Shown: positions 1 through 15,146, counted from the stretch's first letter. The stretch is DNA of 59,865 nt from Bigelowiella natans CCMP2755 (GCA_000320545.1 ADNK01000579.1:1-59865); one strand, 5' to 3'. The notes: a model not told the origin generated them from the sequence alone. A program made the numbers and translations.

Positions 1-390
1 CCTAACCCTGACCCTAACCCTAGCCCTAACCCTAACCCTAACCCTAACCCTAACCCTAACCCTAACCCTAACCCTAACCCTAACCCTAACCCTAACCCTA
101 ACCCTAACCCTAACCCTAACCCTAACCCTAACCCTAACCCTAACCCTAACCCTAACCCTAACCCTAACCCTAACCCTAACCCTAACCCTAACCCTAACCC
201 TAACCCTAACCCTAACCCTAACCCTAACCCTAACCCTAACCCTAACCCTAACCCTAACCCTAACCCTAACCCTAACCCTAACCCTAACCCTAACCCTAAC
301 CCTAACCCTAACCCTAACCCTAACCCTAACCCTAACCCTAACCCTAACCCTAACCCTAACCCTAACCCTAACCCTAACCCTAACCCTAAC
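1..390 (+). repeat. Telomeric repeat array (CCCTAA)n, left chromosome end
   Basis: Near-perfect CCCTAA tandem array from base 1, with two variant units (CCCTGA, CCCTAG) in the first 30 nt. Confidence 0.98.
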
Positions 391-1250
391 CCTGACCCTG
401 ACCCTAACCCTAACCCTGACCCCAACCCTAAACTTAACCCTAACCCTGACCCCAACCCTAAACTTAACCCTGACCCCAATTGCTGAACCTGACCCCAATC
501 ACTGAACCCAACCTTGACCCCTGAACCTGACCTTGACCCCTGAACATCACTCCTGACCCGTGAACATCACTCCTGACCATGACTGCATCAATCCCGGCAA
601 CGAGTGGTTTTCGAACAAACTGTGCTTTGCGCGTGAGGCCTGGCGCGCTCAATCGTTGCAATTGGACATTGCAAGCACACTGGAGCCTTTTTGAGGTTCA
701 AGTTTGATTTTTTTTTCGAATTTCTTCAGCCTGAAAACCTCATTTTTTCACAACGCCTGCCAGCGGGCGAAAATTGAAAAATTCTTGCCACTTTTGGACA
801 CGCCAGCGCATTTGCATTTGCGTGCCACAAGTTTTGCAAGCTCGTGAGGGTGTGTGCACACTGGCTTCATGGACGTGCGAAGTTTCAGCACACGCACGCA
901 AAAAGCACACACCTGGGCGCACATGAACGCGCAAACGTGTGCTCAATGACTCTCAATCAAAAATTCATGCCATTCGTTGCACACTTGACACAGTTGTGAC
1001 CCCAACCCTCATTTTTTCCCTGAGAAAAAACCTGGTCGATTTTTGCCACCAGTTTTCCTCACTTTGACCCTCGTTTCAACTGTCATTTCGACTCTGGTCC
1101 AGGTCAGAACCCTCACCATTGCCGTGACCACAACCCTGACCCTGACCATTGCCGTGACCCTAACCACAAAAACAACCGTGACCACGACCATGACCACAAC
1201 CCTGACCCCAAAGAGAGAACAAGGACTGACCCTGACCCTGAAGAGAGAAC
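391..1250 (+). repeat. Subtelomeric region with degenerate telomere-like repeats
   Basis: CCCTGA, CCCCAA, CCTGAA and CCTTGA variants at 391-560. A second patch (accctgaccctgacc, cattgccgtgacc x2) lies at ~1105-1240. The region is nearly devoid of TpA. Confidence 0.8.
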
Positions 1251-2222
1251 AAGGATGAAAAGAAGTGGGAAAAACAACAAGAAAAAGAACAACAACAGCA
1301 AATTGGAACAACACTTCATTGGTGGCTTGCCTGATGCCCCTGACCCAAACCCCAGAAAGTGTGCGCGTTTGACCAAGTTGTGATGCAATTCAATTCTCAT
1401 GTTTCGCGTGAAAAAACATGATTTGAATTTGGCAATTGGTGGACAAGATCAATTTGATCGATCCAGGCAAGCTGCTAGCAATCAATGAGTTTCACACGTT
1501 GCTCTCCGTGTTGTCCACGTGTGAGCTGCAGAGGGCAAAGCAGACCCGAGGTTTCCAAGTGGATTATAGCAGACAAACATGTGCACGTGTCATCAGGAAA
1601 TGCTCTGCCCATCGGTCAGGTCAGCGATCGCCGTGACGCAAGCACACAAAGAGACTGGCGGTGGCAAACAGCATGATGTTGCATGCCATTGACACCTCTA
1701 GCTACACCTCGTTTGCAATCAAAGAGTGCATGTTGCATGGTTTCACATGATCACTTGAAAGCTTGCAGCTCATCAAATGCTTTTAGCAAACACCATTAGC
1801 AATTTCATTGGTTTTGCGTTCTGCACAAATTTAAGAGCCTCTCATAAACCGAGTGTCGAGACGTCAGTCGTAATGCAAATTGATTCACGGTGAAAATAAC
1901 TGAAGAATCTATTTCATAATCCGTGAGGACTTAGCAACCTGAAATTGTTCTTTTTAAAAACATGTGGAAAATTCAAAAAATTGATTACCTTCCTACGCTT
2001 TCTTGTTCGAGTTTCAGGGCCCTAAATTGGATGTGAGTAAAAACCTCTTCACGTTCTAAGATCATGTCATAGTATGGACCTTTTCGTTTGAATTATTGCT
2101 CTCTTCTACAGCCACCCTCTTTTGTCCAAGCCTATTTGTCAGATCCTTTATGCAAAAATCTAAGTAAGCGTAGCTCTTCATCATAAAAAATCTTATCACC
2201 TCTATTTTGCATTCAAGAGTCT

Positions 2223-5166
2223 TCATTTGGCTTTTAAGGGAAGAAATCTCGATCTGAAAAAGGAAAAAAAATCGTTTAATCGTCGAAGATAAAATAAAGT
2301 GCTTTTAATCACCTTGTGCTCAGAAATTCGCTCCTGCATTCGTCTGACAAGCACTGGGCATGACCTTTGCATGTCAAAGTATACTGAATTTTGTCTCATA
2401 TTGACTATCTCTTTACAAAACCTCTGTTGTTTCTCTTGAAAAGACATAATATGTTCGGCAATCTCAGCTCTTTCATCTGGTACGGTCTACAACATCATTC
2501 GTAAAGTGAGCTCTCCAAATATGATATGGAAAATGTGTAAAAGTGACCTCAGCCGCTGTTAAATCTCGCTCGTTCACAAGCGTGTAATCGGCCCAATTAT
2601 TGAGTAACACTTCAACAACATCCAAGTGTCCTCGCCATGCTGCCGTGTGAAGAGGAGTATTGTCCTTATCATCCCCATTGTGACCCTCGCTGATTCCTAT
2701 TTTAAAACAAAATCACTGATGGAAAGCTCATATAATCCAATTTATTACCCTTATCCATATCAGCTCCGGCTTTAATAAGAAATTTTACGATATCTTTTCT
2801 ATTGTTCCGGGCCTGCAATAATATTCTCGTGAACTCAGATGAAGAACAGAAAAGTAGAAGGGATGCTTACTGCACGGAACAATGGCGTGGCTCCCCATCG
2901 ATCAGGCAATTCGAAGTCAGCCTGGGCATTTGTTCCCGAAATTAATAAGACCCATCATTGTATTATTTCGAATGTATATGTACGAAGCACCTTGCGTTCA
3001 ATGAGAAGTTTCGTCACTTCGAGTCGGCCCTGACATGACAGAAATTATAACAGGAAGTAGATACGGTTTTTTCCTTTTAATTTCCGTTCACTAACCTTGA
3101 CCGAAGCTCTATTTAATGGGGTTTGTCCATATACGGTCTGGGAGTTTATGGGAGCCCCATGATCCAACAGCAAATCCACCTACAGAATTTCTTTTAGTAT
3201 TTTTACTGAGATGTTATTACCTTGAAGTTCTCACCAGATGAGCATGTCCTTGAGAAGAGGCGTGATGAAGAGCGGTGCGGTCTTCTTTGCTTTTAGCCTC
3301 GATGTTCGCACCTAATGCATTTAAATTTAGATGAAATACATACAATATTCTGATGATTTTTTGGTAATGTCACTTAAAAATCCACATACCCGCTTTTAGA
3401 AGCAATTCTACGGCTATGTTGAAGCCTTTCATCGCTAATTGGTAATAAAGGGATTTAGTATCAAACCGTGACATAGTATATCCGTCCATACCTGCAAGTG
3501 CTAAAGGAGCATCTCCGTCTCGATCTTGTGCTTCAATATCTACCTTCCACTCCAGGATCATCCTAGCATTTATCAAATGCTATGGTTGGTTTTGCCATGG
3601 ATAATAGAACAGAATAACTTACTTTGTAAGTCCGACATGTTTTTCAGAGATCGCGTAGTGCAATGGGTTCCCAATATGGTTCGTAGCAGAAATGTCTGCT
3701 TTTGACTGATACAGCAGTCTTGCTACCTCTGGTTTATTGAATGCCTAAGAGAAATTGTAAACGATGGATGGGCTGTCCCTTTTCGCAAGGTAGAAAATTC
3801 TTTACCGTTGCGAGGTGTAGAGGTGTCTCGTCATTGTTGGTCAAATGCTCAAGATCCGCCTGGGTAACGAAGATATTCAGAAAGGAAAACAAGTCCTACT
3901 AGAAGAAATGCAGCTGACCTTATGATCGATGAGCATTTTTGCCATATCATAGAGGCCCTCTCCACTCGCTTGTATAAAATCGATATTAGTTTGACAGTAA
4001 TTTGGAAAAAGAATTTGATTTTAACCAATATGCAATGGGGTTTGTCCATCTCCTTGGTCAGCATTCACGAAAGCCTTTCTCCTCAGCAAGAGTTGTACCT
4101 ATTAGGAAATTTATACAAGAATCAGCAGCTTTTCAAGTCCGAATGTTAGTTTCAATACCATATCTTTGTTGTTTTTCTTCACCGCCATGCACAGAGGAGT
4201 CAACATAGAACTGCCCCCCTAAACGTAATCGTGGATGTTGAAGTTACGGATAATAGATGAATGTATTTACGAATAGTTGAAGAACAAATGAATGTAACAA
4301 CCTGCGAATTTATGCACGCATTTGAATCCAACAGAATTTCAGCCATTTCCCGGAGATCTTTATTTACAGCTACATGTAACGGAGCAAAGTTCTTGCTTGA
4401 TCGCACACCAACGCAAGCTTTATGCTGATAGATAAAATGGAGTAGCATCCATTAGATACGTGATTATTTTTAAGAGAATATTCTTCACCAACCTTTATTA
4501 ACAATTTGACGATTTCTGGACGTTTATTTTCTACAGCAATGATCAAAGATGTTTTGCCATCATCCTCACAAGATTCTACATCTATGCCCTGATTTCCGAA
4601 ATAATTTAATAAGTGAAGTATTCTTTGCGTAAGGGACACAAATTTACCTCCTTAAGCAATCGCAAAACTTTCTGTGAAGAATCGCTGCAAATTGCATCAA
4701 ACATTTTTTTGTGGAGTTCTTTCTTCTGGGCTTTCGGTACGTAAACGCGACCTTACATATAAATATCATCAGAAGAACTTCTACTTATAAGAATTGTATA
4801 AATACGAGAATAAACATAATTAGATAATACATTATTATTTCAAAATCACCTTGACTGTGAAGGGACTGGTGCTTCTCGAGGAATTCTCGAATCATGTGCT
4901 TGAGGGCATGAACTGGAATGAGTTTCTTAGTTTCAAGTGGTAGATTCGTGTTAGGGGACGTGTTTTTATTCTCAAGCCATCCCTCAATGGCTTCCCTTTC
5001 GTACACATGACCATCCACAGTGACGACTGGATCGCTCATTATTTGTTGAGTAATGGAACATAGGAACTTGTCCGGAATCTGTGGAAGTTGTTTAGAGAAC
5101 GCCAATGTTGCAATTAGAGGTCGTATCTATCATCAGACCACTCTAAGTTACCTTGGATGCGGGCAT
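2223..5166 (-). CDS. U-box domain + multiple ankyrin-repeat protein (putative E3 ubiquitin ligase), many short introns
   Basis: U-box IPDKFLCSITQQIMSDPVVTVDGHVYEREAIEGWL..NTSPNTNLPL (ORF 4785-5105). Ankyrin repeats DGKTSLIIAVEN, APLHVAVNK, DETPLHLA, DRTALHHAS, DNTPLHTAAWRGHLDVVEVLL are separated by ~25-70 nt GT-AG introns. Start (ATG at 5166 via a 25-nt intron) is approximate; stop at 2223. Confidence 0.85.
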
Positions 5167-5568
5167 GATGAGGAGGAATGATTCTCTCCTCTACCACAAA
5201 GAAGGAGGAGGGCAAGAAGCCCTTCGAGTTGTGCAAGCCCGCCAGACAGGCAACTTTAATTTCTCGCAGCCTCGAAAGCGAACGCCTTCCCGGCAAAATA
5301 CATTCGAAGGAGAACACGTGTAGTTCTTCTTTTTTTGCCTGCATTTTCCTGGCCTGATGTCATTATTTCGGGAGCACAAAGTTCTAATAAAAACCTGCTA
5401 GATCTAGTAGTTTGTCAGGAGTACTACTTCCTTCATGTGACATCTTGTTCGAAACACCTTCGCGCCACAATTCCTCCATTGCTTTTTGTGAGGATCAATC
5501 AACGATTTAAGGGGCGCTACCAGGAACAGAACAAGAACAAAACAGATATAACAAGAAATTTGCCCAGC

Positions 5569-7048
5569 TTTTGTGGGAGACTTCTCTGGCAGCAATTATA
5601 CGTACGTGCCACTTGCTTTGTAGATTATTGTTGCGTTGCAGGCATCTTCCCATGCACAAGTGTCCAAAAATGATAATGTTTTTCTACGCTAACACCGACT
5701 ACCATTCCAGGATGTGGAGTGTCCTGCTGGAAGTGCTTGTGATGTTGATAAAGCTGTCCATGACAATTGGGTCAATAAACAACTAATCGGAAGAAGCGTT
5801 AACTTCGACATACTTACATGCACCTTCCACCCCGTTTTCCCCGAATGAATCATCCAGGATTATCTTAGCTGGGATCTCGATGCTGAATCACATGACCATT
5901 GTACGATCTAACAATATAAAAACCTTCCCTCCTCCTTATTTCGCTATGTCCAAATAACCAGGAACCCAGAATACGTTGTTTAGTTTATAGATAAGAGGTA
6001 GTTAGTAGTACTCACACTCAGTATGTAATTGATCAGGCTGAGACCCTTAAACACATCGGTAAGGACAAAGAAACAAAAACTATTTATCGAAATTTGTGTT
6101 TAATACATTCGTCAACCATTGGAAATGTAAGGTGTTGTTCTGAACAACTTTTTATTATTACGAGGCACATATCTACAGCACTCGGCCAAGCTTCCACACC
6201 GTTTCCGTCGTGTGGCCTCCTTGCTGACTCGACGAACTCCCATTGGTTGTTACCAAAACAATGATTTGTGTAAAATTACGGCCCTTAATCCGATTATTAT
6301 TTCTGATGGCATTCATTGTCATGCGCTTGTAAATGTTGTGCAGTTGCACTTAAGACTGAAGAGCCTAAAGTCTGGATTTCAGCCAGGAGAACTTCCAACG
6401 TAGTATTATGGAATAAATAATTGTATATAGGAATAGGATACGTTCCAACGTAGTATTTTGGAATAAATAATTGTAAAAAGGAAGAGGATACGTTTTAAAG
6501 CATTGATTTGAACGACTTTTTTTGAATAAGAACACAGATATAAACACCTTGGCATGCATAACCCTAATATCTTTTTACCCAGGGAACATACAAATTTGAT
6601 ATCCTTTTCGAGTGGTATGTACGCTGCTGTTTCTGTTGCTGCTGCTACTACAACAACAACAACAACAACAACAACTACTACTACTACTACAACTCTACTA
6701 ATATACTCCTGCCAGTAGGAAATTAGATAAGAATTTTATTTCATTTCTATTCATATGACGCAAGCATACTACACACTACGAGAGAATATGACAGAGATCA
6801 ACTGAGAGATAGAGAGAGACGAAGGGTTGCTGCAGCAGCGGGATGGATGATATGCCGTGAGAATTTTGTTTGACCCTGGTATTGATCATCATCATCATCA
6901 TCATCATCGAGATGTAGATGGATGTACACATCATGGAAACAACAACAACAACAACAACAACAATAGGTCTGCTTTCGGATCTTCAGAAACAAAGATGCAC
7001 ATGAAGTAATGCTGATGCAAACAATAGATAGTAATATAAGTAGTAGTG

Positions 7049-7080
<32 letters not shown>

Positions 7081-8697
7081 CGTCAATGATTGTCTAGATT
7101 AGCAGTGAGTAGTGTGCGGAAATCAAATAACATTAGTTACTATTTTCTTTGAAACAACATGAGGTGCAGTAGCCATGAGCATGTTGTTTGTCGTGGTGGT
7201 AGAATGTTGTTGTGAATGCCATCGTGATCCAATATGCAGAATATTGTTGTCACCAGTAGCTGGTAGTAGGTATTTTCAACTAACAAACATCGGTTCTCTC
7301 ACATCAGGATCTTTGTGACAAAGAAGTATGCTAATGAAAAGGGCAATGCATTGGTACTGGAAGATAGTAGATTGTTGTTGTTGTTGCTGCCTTTTGAAGC
7401 AATAATAGCAAGTTGGCGAACTACTACTACTACTACTACTACTACTGTGTATTATTACGTGAATAGACTTGATGGTGACAATGCCATCCCAATAAATTAT
7501 AACTCCTGTTAAGGAGGAGGAGGAGGAGGTGGAGAAATTGGTTGGTCCTACTTATTATGTGATTTAGAGTTGTATTTTAATTGAAAACAGCAATTGTTCA
7601 AAATACTACGACGAACGACGTTTGATGAGATAACGATATTATGTATAGTTGGAAAAATTTAAAAATAAAGCCACGAAGACAGATTTTGAGGTAGTAGTAG
7701 AAGAATTGTGGTAGGATTTGGTTGAGGAGTAGTTAAATGCATGCAGATAATAACGACGACGATGATGATGATGATGATGATGATGATGGTGCGCGACATT
7801 ATTGTAATTTTAATGTGGATGATTGGGTGATGATGGTATGCATCATCAGGCGTGACCTTGTCGTGATAATGATGATAATGATGATGATGATGATGATGAC
7901 GACGACGATAGGACATATTCAATGGCTGGTGCTTGGCCTAATATCATGCTGTTTGTATTGTATATGTTAGGAATTAAAGGGTATTCATGTCCGGTCTATC
8001 ACCATCGATTCTGCTGAATCAAAGGAAGCGAAAAATGATGAAGAAGTAAAGGAGGACGACTCTAAGGACATAAAATCGTAATATCTCATTGCTCTCTCTT
8101 CTAGTAGACAGTCAGTAGTAGTATAAAGAGAGACGAGCAAGACTGCATCGAGCGAACAGTTTCTCTTCTTCACTTCCTTCTCCTCCTCATTTTAACTATT
8201 ATTCTAACGACACACTACCATCAAAAATAGTGGCATTAATGTAAGAGCACCAAGCAAGTATCATCAAGTTGTAATTTACCCGGATGATAGCGTTGTTGGA
8301 TATGTCTTTTGGATGGAGGTCGGTGGTTTTATTTTTGCATTTTGTATGGTATATTATTATTATTATTATTATCACCTTTTTCTTCATTTGACCTCCTTCC
8401 TTGTTGTGCCTGACTTAGCAGTAGAGTAGTAGTAGGAGTAGGAATAGCAGAAGTAATGCTAGAATAGTTTCATTTTTTACTGTGTTTGTTGTGTGGTGTA
8501 CGTATGGTGTACTTGCGTGGTAATACGGAGACGTGTGGATGGTGAATTATGGAACTACTACCACTGCTACTACTACTTCTTGGGATTATGTGCTGTTGGT
8601 TTTTATTATATTTACTCAATTTTTGTTGTCAAAGGCTATTTCCAAGGGAAATGAGGGGCAGGAGACCATCGTTGAGAAGAAGACGATGCTACATGGT

Positions 8698-8741
<44 letters not shown>

Positions 8742-9238
8742 ATATTATATATAATATTATAACCAGTAGCATCATACCCTCATTTTGCCATATAAGGTTT
8801 CAATTTTATATTGCCCTTGCTGGTGTTGAATTGCGACAATCTCTGGAACGTTCATGAAAGTCTTAGACCCGGGTAATAATAATACTGATAATAATAAAAT
8901 AAGTCTTAGATTCCGAGTAATAATAATAAGTCTAAGATCAGAATAATAAAATGTGTTTGCCTGCATGCTTTTGTTATCAAGTAGTATTAGTATTAGTAGT
9001 AGTAGTAGTAGTAGTAGTGGTAGCAGTAGTAGGTGCATTGAGCTGCTGTTTGTTTATGATGATGAATAGTGAAACTAGATGATGATGATGATGATGATGA
9101 CGATGATGATTGACATTCCTTTCAGCATCATCGTCGTCGTCGTTGTCCTTTATTATTGCCTCATTTTTTCATCATTCATTGATCATCCGCCTACTTATTA
9201 TTCCATCTTTCAGCATATCCCAACACGTAGTACACATG

Positions 9239-9272
<34 letters not shown>

Positions 9273-10479
9273 CGCATCACAGAATTATACCTATTTATCC
9301 CCCCTTACACTGCCAACACTCTCCTCTTTCTACGCCCCCCCCCCCCCCCCCGTCCCCCTTTGTTTCTCTAACATCGTTCACCATCACCACAATGAATAGA
9401 ACCAGCCAGCAGCAGCATAGAAGGCCAATCCATTTTCTTCTTTATTTATCGCTGTTATTAGCTTCTTCATGCGCTTTATTCCTTCTCTCTATGTACTTTA
9501 GTACTTTCTTTCTCTTCATTTCCTCCTCCTCTCTCTTTTTCTTCTCCTTCTTCTTAGATTGAATGTGCAGTTTGCTTATGAGAGCTTGCTTGAACATATT
9601 GCTCATCTTGGTAACAAGTTATAGTAATAGTATTGTGTAATTCATAACATATTGAAAGGAAGAAAAGGAAGGAAGGAGCAATCAGAAGAACAATTACATG
9701 CATCTTTATTATTTCATTTTCACCACACACACACCACACACACACACACACACACTCACACACAAACTGTGAAGGGAGGGCAAGTGCTATATATTTATAA
9801 TTGTATAAACACATCCAATCAATTCATGGTAATTTGTGTTGGTGCTGCTGTTGGTGCTGCTGTTTTTGAATTATGTCGCGTCTTGTTGGCTGCTGCTCTA
9901 TGAAAAGGTTATGTTGTAGATTACCCTTCATTACTATCATCAACAACTGAAGAAGGTATTTCTTCCTTTTGTTAGTGCTATTACGTTAGTATTTATATAG
10001 CAGCAGTATTCCATCGGTGTGATGACATGTAGTGATTCTATTTGTTTTTTTGTGTATAGTAGTAGTTTTTAGTAGTGAGAGACCATTGTTTATACAAAAT
10101 ATTCCAAGTAGTAGTTTTTAGTCGTGAGAGATCATTATTTATGAAGACTATTCCAAGTGCACTATTACTACTATTACTACCTAGTATATTTAAATTTATT
10201 TCTGCTTTGCGTTTTTTATTATATATTCTCTTTCTAATTGTTCTCATCAACTATAATAGGGAATAGTAGTAGTAGTAGTAGTAGTAGCAGCAGCAGCAGT
10301 GAAGGAGCTCGACGAATACCTGTAAGGATTAGCGGCCTTACTCATCAACCTGCAGAAACAATGATGAAGTCCAAATCTCCTTTGGAAATGGTTGGTTATT
10401 ATCATCATGTATAACATACAAACTATTTATTTGTATGAATGAGAATGACCAGCATACCGACGAAGAAGGCAATGACAGC

Positions 10480-10511
<32 letters not shown>

Positions 10512-10604
10512 TCATATCAAAGGAGGAAAGAATAAGAAGAAATGTCTTCAACAAACTTACTAACACCACTAATCAATATTCATTCGGATAAGGAAGCTGT
10601 TATT

Positions 10605-10638
<34 letters not shown>

Positions 10639-10975
10639 AATATGATCCACATCTTGCCACTTTCCTCTTTTTTTTGTTATCAAGCATCTCCCCCCCCTCC
10701 CCCCCCTCCCTCACCGTTTTCTCGGTTGGTGCTTTTCACAGACAGTTGCAGCGTACTCAATTGGGAAGTTATGTAAAGATAAACATCAACACAAAACCAT
10801 AGGTGAGGAGGACAAGAAGCACCATTATTACCATCATTTTCCATGAATCAATAATAATCTAATATGATAAAATCAATAATAATCTAATATTATTGAATGA
10901 ATAATAGTCTAATATTAATGGATGGCGGTGGTGGGTGCTCCTGCTGCTGCTCGTTGATCCAACAACAGCAGTTTA

Positions 10976-11016
<41 letters not shown>

Positions 11017-11238
11017 GCAGCATGAAAACCATACTAATAATACCCTACTAATGCATACGTATATGACCTCTGCTGCTAGTTTGTTTGTTTGCCATCACCT
11101 ATGTATATATGCCACTGCTACTTGCTGCTACTCACTCACTACATTCTCATCATCATCATAACAAAAAATAATAACGATAATAGGCACTTCCAAGTATCTA
11201 ATTGAAGCAGCTGCCAGACTTTCCGCTCAGGTACGTTG

Positions 11239-11275
<37 letters not shown>

Positions 11276-11287
11276 AAATGTCTGTGG

Positions 11288-11331
<44 letters not shown>

Positions 11332-11564
11332 GACGAGCAACCACACATTTACATACATTCACACAACAGAAAAAAGAGAGAGGGGGGGGGAGAGAGAGTA
11401 TTGATGTCAACCTTGTGATTTAGATAACATATTTTGTAAGCACATGAACATCCAATACAGTTTATGTAGTAAAGAGTGGCAGCCCTCCATTCCCTCTCAC
11501 CTGTGTGTGTAACCCCATTCCCTCACCTGTGTGTGTGTACAGAAGACACATCTCCTAAAATATA

Positions 11565-11597
<33 letters not shown>

Positions 11598-11611
11598 CTA
11601 CAACTACAACA

Positions 11612-11643
<32 letters not shown>

Positions 11644-11764
11644 ATAGTTCTCTGGAACTAAAAATAAAGAGCTAATAAAGCCGATGCTGTTTCTCTCTAG
11701 TATTCTGGCCTCGATATATGAAAGTAGTAGCCACCATCCCAATGAGCACAAGGAGAAAGAAGAC

Positions 11765-11797
<33 letters not shown>

Positions 11798-11799
11798 GG

Positions 11800-11836
<37 letters not shown>

Positions 11837-11927
11837 AAGCTCAATTACAATAACAGCAACAACAACAAGAATAATAATGATAAGAATAAATATAAATAAT
11901 GATATCATACAATAAATTCCTTCAGTG

Positions 11928-11962
<35 letters not shown>

Positions 11963-11977
11963 GTCTTTCAATATGTA

Positions 11978-12026
<49 letters not shown>

Positions 12027-12084
12027 GTGTGTGTATGTAGGATGTCCAGTAGAATATCGTAGACTATGGATCCGACAATTCTGT

Positions 12085-12120
<36 letters not shown>

Positions 12121-12375
12121 TTTGATAACAACAACAATAATAAGTATAATAATAATAAGAAAACGACGAATGATATATACCTAGGTACTAATACATAAGA
12201 CTTAGCATTTATCCACTGATTGTTTGATGACATGATTGGATGGTGGCATTTATCCACTGATTGTTTGATGACATGATTGGATGGTGGTAGTGAAAGATAA
12301 TTACGAGAGAGAGTAGTTGTTGTTCTTTCTCCATTCCATGTAAGGAGGAAGCATATCAATATAAATTATAAATAT

Positions 12376-12416
<41 letters not shown>

Positions 12417-12517
12417 AAGTCTTCCTCCTCCTCCTCCTCCTCCTCCTACTACTACTACTAGTATTTCTACTACCACTACTCGGGTAGATAGCCACCATAT
12501 GGCCATCATCGTCGTAG

Positions 12518-12548
<31 letters not shown>

Positions 12549-13654
12549 AGTAGTAGTGATAATAATATGCTACTAAACAACGTACATTGACTGCTGCTGC
12601 TCTTCAAGTTTTGATTGCAATTTTTTGATGATGAGGATAGAAACATCATCATCATCATCATCATCATCATTATCATCTACATCTGCTACATGAGCTGCTC
12701 CTTTATGTAGTTCGTCTCTGAGGAGATGATGCTGCTACTCTTGATAATATCGTATTAATGAATATTTCAAGTAGAAAGATCGTAATAGCTTGCGTTGTGA
12801 AGGCGGAAAACAAGAAATGATGATATATTCACTAGCATTATTCAAGTATAAAATTTTGGTTATTTTGTTGATTATGTGGAAAGATTGAGGATATCCTAGC
12901 CGTCATGTTCAAAAGATACTTGCATACCATCGATGGGACAGTAGAGAGGTATACTTACTTATTAACTTTGCTGCTTTAAAGAAAAGAAGAAAAACAATAG
13001 GAAGAACAAAAATAATATCATGGAAAAGAATAATTAACGATGTAGAAGATGTTAAAAAATTATAACATAGTTGTGATAATGAAGGATACTAGTGGGAAGA
13101 TGGAGTAGGAGGAGGAGGAGGAGTCGTCTCTCCCCTCTTCTTCTTCTTCTTCTTCTTCTTCTTCTTCTAGTTCTCTGTTTCCTTTCTGCTTCTTTAACAC
13201 CGCAAAATCATCATGATCATGATCGTCATCATCATCATTCAAGGATGGGTGGATGGATGGATTACACCCCAACTTATATAATAAAATATTAGTATCACTA
13301 TCTAAGTGATAAGAATTTATCATAATTTAGTATTGATAGTAGTAAGTTCTGCTACTTCTATTGCAGAGCAACAACAACAACTACTGATACTATCATTAAT
13401 CACAAGTATGATAGGTTTCTCTAAAATGGGAATGGCTTCATCTTGGAGCGAAGAGATGTATAAAATAGTCATTGATATAGCAGGTCATTGATGATGATGA
13501 TAATGATCATGAGTGTGATAAGAAAGAGAAGAGAAAGGGAGAGAGATCTTAGGATATATAAGACATCATCTTCGTAGAACTTCCCTTCTTCCTCCCCCTC
13601 CTCCTCCTCCTCCTCTTCATCATCATCATCATCATCTTCTTATTCTTCTTACCC

Positions 13655-13698
<44 letters not shown>

Positions 13699-14391
13699 AT
13701 TTCTCCTTGTCACTGTTTACTTGCTGCTCGTAGAAAATCATATGGATGTTTTGGAAACACAGCGAAGGTAACTACCTATCAGTGATTAAGAGAGAAAACA
13801 GAGAATGTATATAAACAGGAAGAGGGAAGGAGCAAATAGGTGTTAATACATCCTCCTCATCATATTGGAACATCATATTATATCGCTATAATTTAGCGGT
13901 ACTACCATTGGTATTATGCTATCATTCAATTTCTTATACTTTATTGACCCTCTTAATACGTGTTAGTGCATGCTGCAATGGAGTAGTTACAGTAGTCCTC
14001 TTCCTCTTCACTTCCTCCTTTTCCTTCAACCTCCATGCTTTCTTTTCTGATGAAATATTCGTCATATCTGGCGTATTGCTGACCTTTGTTTTCCTTTAAA
14101 ATGACCTACTATCTCATACTGTTGTTTTACCACAAAGCCGATTAATACACACCATCAAATAGCAAATATTGAGTAATCGATGTCGTAACTTGATGAATGA
14201 TAATGATATTAGTATGTTGATGATTATTCTTATTTTATTCAGAGATATGGTGCTATTTTTGCTATCTCAGTACATCTTAACAGCAGAGGTGGAAGTAGTA
14301 CAAAGTAGAAGTAGTATTAGACAGTAGTGTACACTTTGACGACGATGTGATGAGATAATGTGATATCTCTCTTCTTCACAATTAACATATA

Positions 14392-14435
<44 letters not shown>

Positions 14436-15146
14436 TTATAGTCGTTGTCAGTGTACAGATAATGTACCCACGAAAAAGCAATAAAGAAACCTGAGATCAT
14501 CGATGCCTCCTCCTGAAATAAATTTTAATAATTATTTCTTTTTAATTTATTCAGAATTTAACCAAAGTGATACAAAACAATCCAAGAGTTACAGCAGTAA
14601 TCGCACAGAGAATCGTTAGACGTAATATAACAACATTAATGATGATGGTCATGATGATTAATGCTACTGTAGTCGCTAAATTAGAAGTTGAACAACACAA
14701 CTTAAATTATGAAAAGAAAAGAAATACTGGTGCTGCCGTTGTAGAATAAATAGTGTTTGCCAGTAGCAGAAGTCGTAGCACTGTCTGTCTTCGATGATGA
14801 CGAATAATGGAAATGTATTTCTAGTGCATGTGATGTGTGTGTTCGTTGATGATGGTGATGATGCTAACAGTGGGAACCAACATTTTTACTGCGCCTGTGC
14901 GTTGTGGGTTCACAATTCACTCGTTCATTGTCCCATCGTTGTGTTTTGCTTCCAGAAAATAAGCACAGAGATGGAGCTGCTGCTGCTGCTGCCGTCGAAT
15001 CTGCAACGACGATATCTTCACCGCTTCCAGCTCCTGCATTATCATCTTCTTCTAGAGGGCGGCCTGACGCCAAGCATTCCTCTTCCTCGTCATCTTCTGG
15101 TATTGTGAGTAGTAGAAGATACCGAGCCATCAAATTAAAAGTGTAA
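5569..15146 (+). CDS. Putative multi-exon gene of unknown function; small exons in microsatellite-rich introns
   Basis: Short complex-sequence segments flanked by AG..GT amid simple repeats, e.g. ~7971 ELKGIHVRSITIDSAESKE, ~8636 AISKGNEGQETIVEKKTMLH, ~12041 CPVEYRRLWIRQFC, ~12890 YPSRHVQKILAYHRWDSRE (UBA-like), ~13415 FSKMGMASSWSEEMYKIVIDIA. A last exon ends at TAA 15146. Frames were not verified end to end, and this could be more than one gene. Confidence 0.35.
6620..14440. repeat. Dense microsatellite field: (TA)n, (TAG/CTA)n, (CAT/GAT)n, (GA)n, (CA)n, (CAA)n, (CCT)n
   Basis: Directly visible runs, mostly ~20-45 nt. The same repertoire fills the introns at 24.4-38.9 kb and 57.5-59.8 kb. 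Confidence 0.95.

Noticed and set aside
1-30. Variant telomere units at the extreme tip
   Set aside because: The contig end is likely low coverage, so these cannot be distinguished from consensus error.
1009-1400. ORFs with VRV/TLT/SGSG repeats
   Set aside because: Translations of degenerate telomeric hexamers.
6798-14749. Homopolymer-rich ORFs (poly-H/D/M/I/L/T, YIYI)
   Set aside because: These are translations of microsatellites, not genes; the same applies to 24.4-38 kb and 57.3-59.6 kb.
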